A stretch of 64,000 bases of DNA from the human T2T-CHM13v2.0 reference genome, Homo sapiens, in NCBI RefSeq assembly GCF_009914755.1, contig NC_060937.1, one strand, 5' to 3'. Under the pieces are notes generated by a model that was given only the letters and a program-made list of their open reading frames with translations, was not told the origin of the DNA and searched no databases. The position numbers and the translations under genes are program-made. Positions 62,357-64,000 of this stretch are shown here, piece after piece (position 1 is the first letter of the stretch; each line of letters begins with the position of its first letter).

Positions 62357-64000
62357 TACAATAGCCAGTATATTTACTCAAAGAGAAGACATCATAAAAC
62401 CCTTTTAACAAACACAGCCTGACTTCTCAAATTCCCTCTCCATTCAACTTCCTTGACTGTAGAGTCCTATTCAGGGTCAAGGGAAGGAGAAATCAAACTA
62501 AAGATCATAACGCTGCATGTATGTGGCATTGTATTGCCAGAGTTCTCTGAGTAAACCTTTCTAGAGATGCACATTTTGCACTCTATTGGAAAAGTTATCT
62601 TAATTATAATGTTTCTGAAGATGCATTTGCCATACTGAAAGCAAGCAGTCACATACAATTTGGTAGACACCAGCACAAATGACAAGAAAAACTTGGTAAA
62701 GTTGAAGAGACTGCCTTTGTTATATCTAATATTCTGTCACCCCAGATCTATCTTCTCAAATCTCCACATTACTTAGCCTAACCCTGTTTTTCTGTTTTCT
62801 AGAGGAACCCACCACATTGATCAGGTTGATTTATTCACATTTTCCCAAAAATGCTAGGTAGATTCCTTCCTAAATCCATTAGTAAGTTATAGTCTGTATT
62901 CCCCATGGATGAACTGTGTTCACCAGTTATGACTCTTAGGAGGAACTTCATAGAAGATCTTCAGTGGCATCTATTGGTACATGTTGGACATTAACTAAAA
63001 ATGTATAGTTTTAGCAACCAACAGATTCTATTCTTATACCTGTTGGTCATGTCCAGGCAGTTATGTGTAAAATAATTACACAATGTTTCAAAATTTCAAG
63101 ATGTTTGCCTACCTATATAGTGTCCTTCACTCTCCTCCCCAGCTCTCCAAATAATATCCATAATTCAAAGACCAGTTAAATCCTACAGGCATATTCACAG
63201 AATAACTGCCCTGAAAACATTGCTTAAATTAATGAAGACCATCTATGGACAATGCATCTTCAAGAGCTCAAGATCTGGTGAAAAAACGGAAACAAAGAAG
63301 AAATTTCAATACAATGTGATGAAAATTTTAAATTATTTCTCTCTTGCAAATTTCCATTGCTTGTTTGAACATTCAGGAGAATAGTACTGCTTTCCCATTG
63401 AATGTATAAATAAATGTAAGAATGAAGGTTGGCCCTCCCTCCAAATTCATTAAACATTAAATTTTTTAAGTAAAAGATAAGAGGGCTGTATGAAAATTAA
63501 AATTCATGATTACTTCCAATATAGAAAATAATTGAAATAGATAAAAACACAACCAAATAGAAATGGATATTGCTAAAAATTACCTTCTTAATTAAATTAG
63601 TAAAAAAAGTGAAATTATTGTTCTATCCATATTGGTGACATTGCTTCTTAAATTATTCAAATTAAAATATATTCTACTGGTGAGTTCAGGAAAAATTGAC
63701 AATAAAGGAATAGTATCATACACAAAGAAATATAACTCACTGTTTTAGCCTAGCAACTAGTGTTTACAGAACAAGTTACAGATTATTCTGCAATATGAAA
63801 CAATCCTAAAGTGTTTTTAACCTTAAATCAAAATTCAAATTAGAATTAGAAATGAAATGATGTTCTCATTTCAGCAATGAATACAGAAGTGAAATCACTT
63901 GATTTTTCTGAAGACTGTATTTTTCAGTGTTCATCTAGATTTAACACTTTAAAGAATACCTTTTATTCCTTAAATAACATTCAGTTTGTGAAAGTGAGCA

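Overview
Primate (very likely human) genomic DNA with the signature of a pericentromeric segmental-duplication mosaic. No intact protein-coding gene is supported. The AT-rich flanks (1-8 kb and 39-64 kb) are ordinary Alu, L1, L2, MIR and LTR landscape. The notable core is 8.4-27.2 kb. In order it holds: a REP522/FAM27-like CpG island with NRF1, Sp1 and YY1 motifs; about 26 gamma-satellite (GSATII-like) monomers with a subtelomeric TAR1 fragment inserted inside one monomer; a ~9.2 kb degenerate 18/19-bp tandem array (GGCCTGATGTCCACCTGG) that I cannot assign to a named family; and a CDRT15/C2orf27-like pseudogene whose first exon carries a patch of array units. The array flips orientation three times, contains an MSTA solo LTR and ends at a GT donor. 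Three decayed TBC1D26/TBC1D3/USP6NL-like exons lie at 35.1-36.5 kb. Family and gene names come from recalled consensus sequences, not database searches. The best candidate for something undescribed is the inverted 18-mer array and its links to GSATII and CDRT15P; any function for it is hypothesis only.
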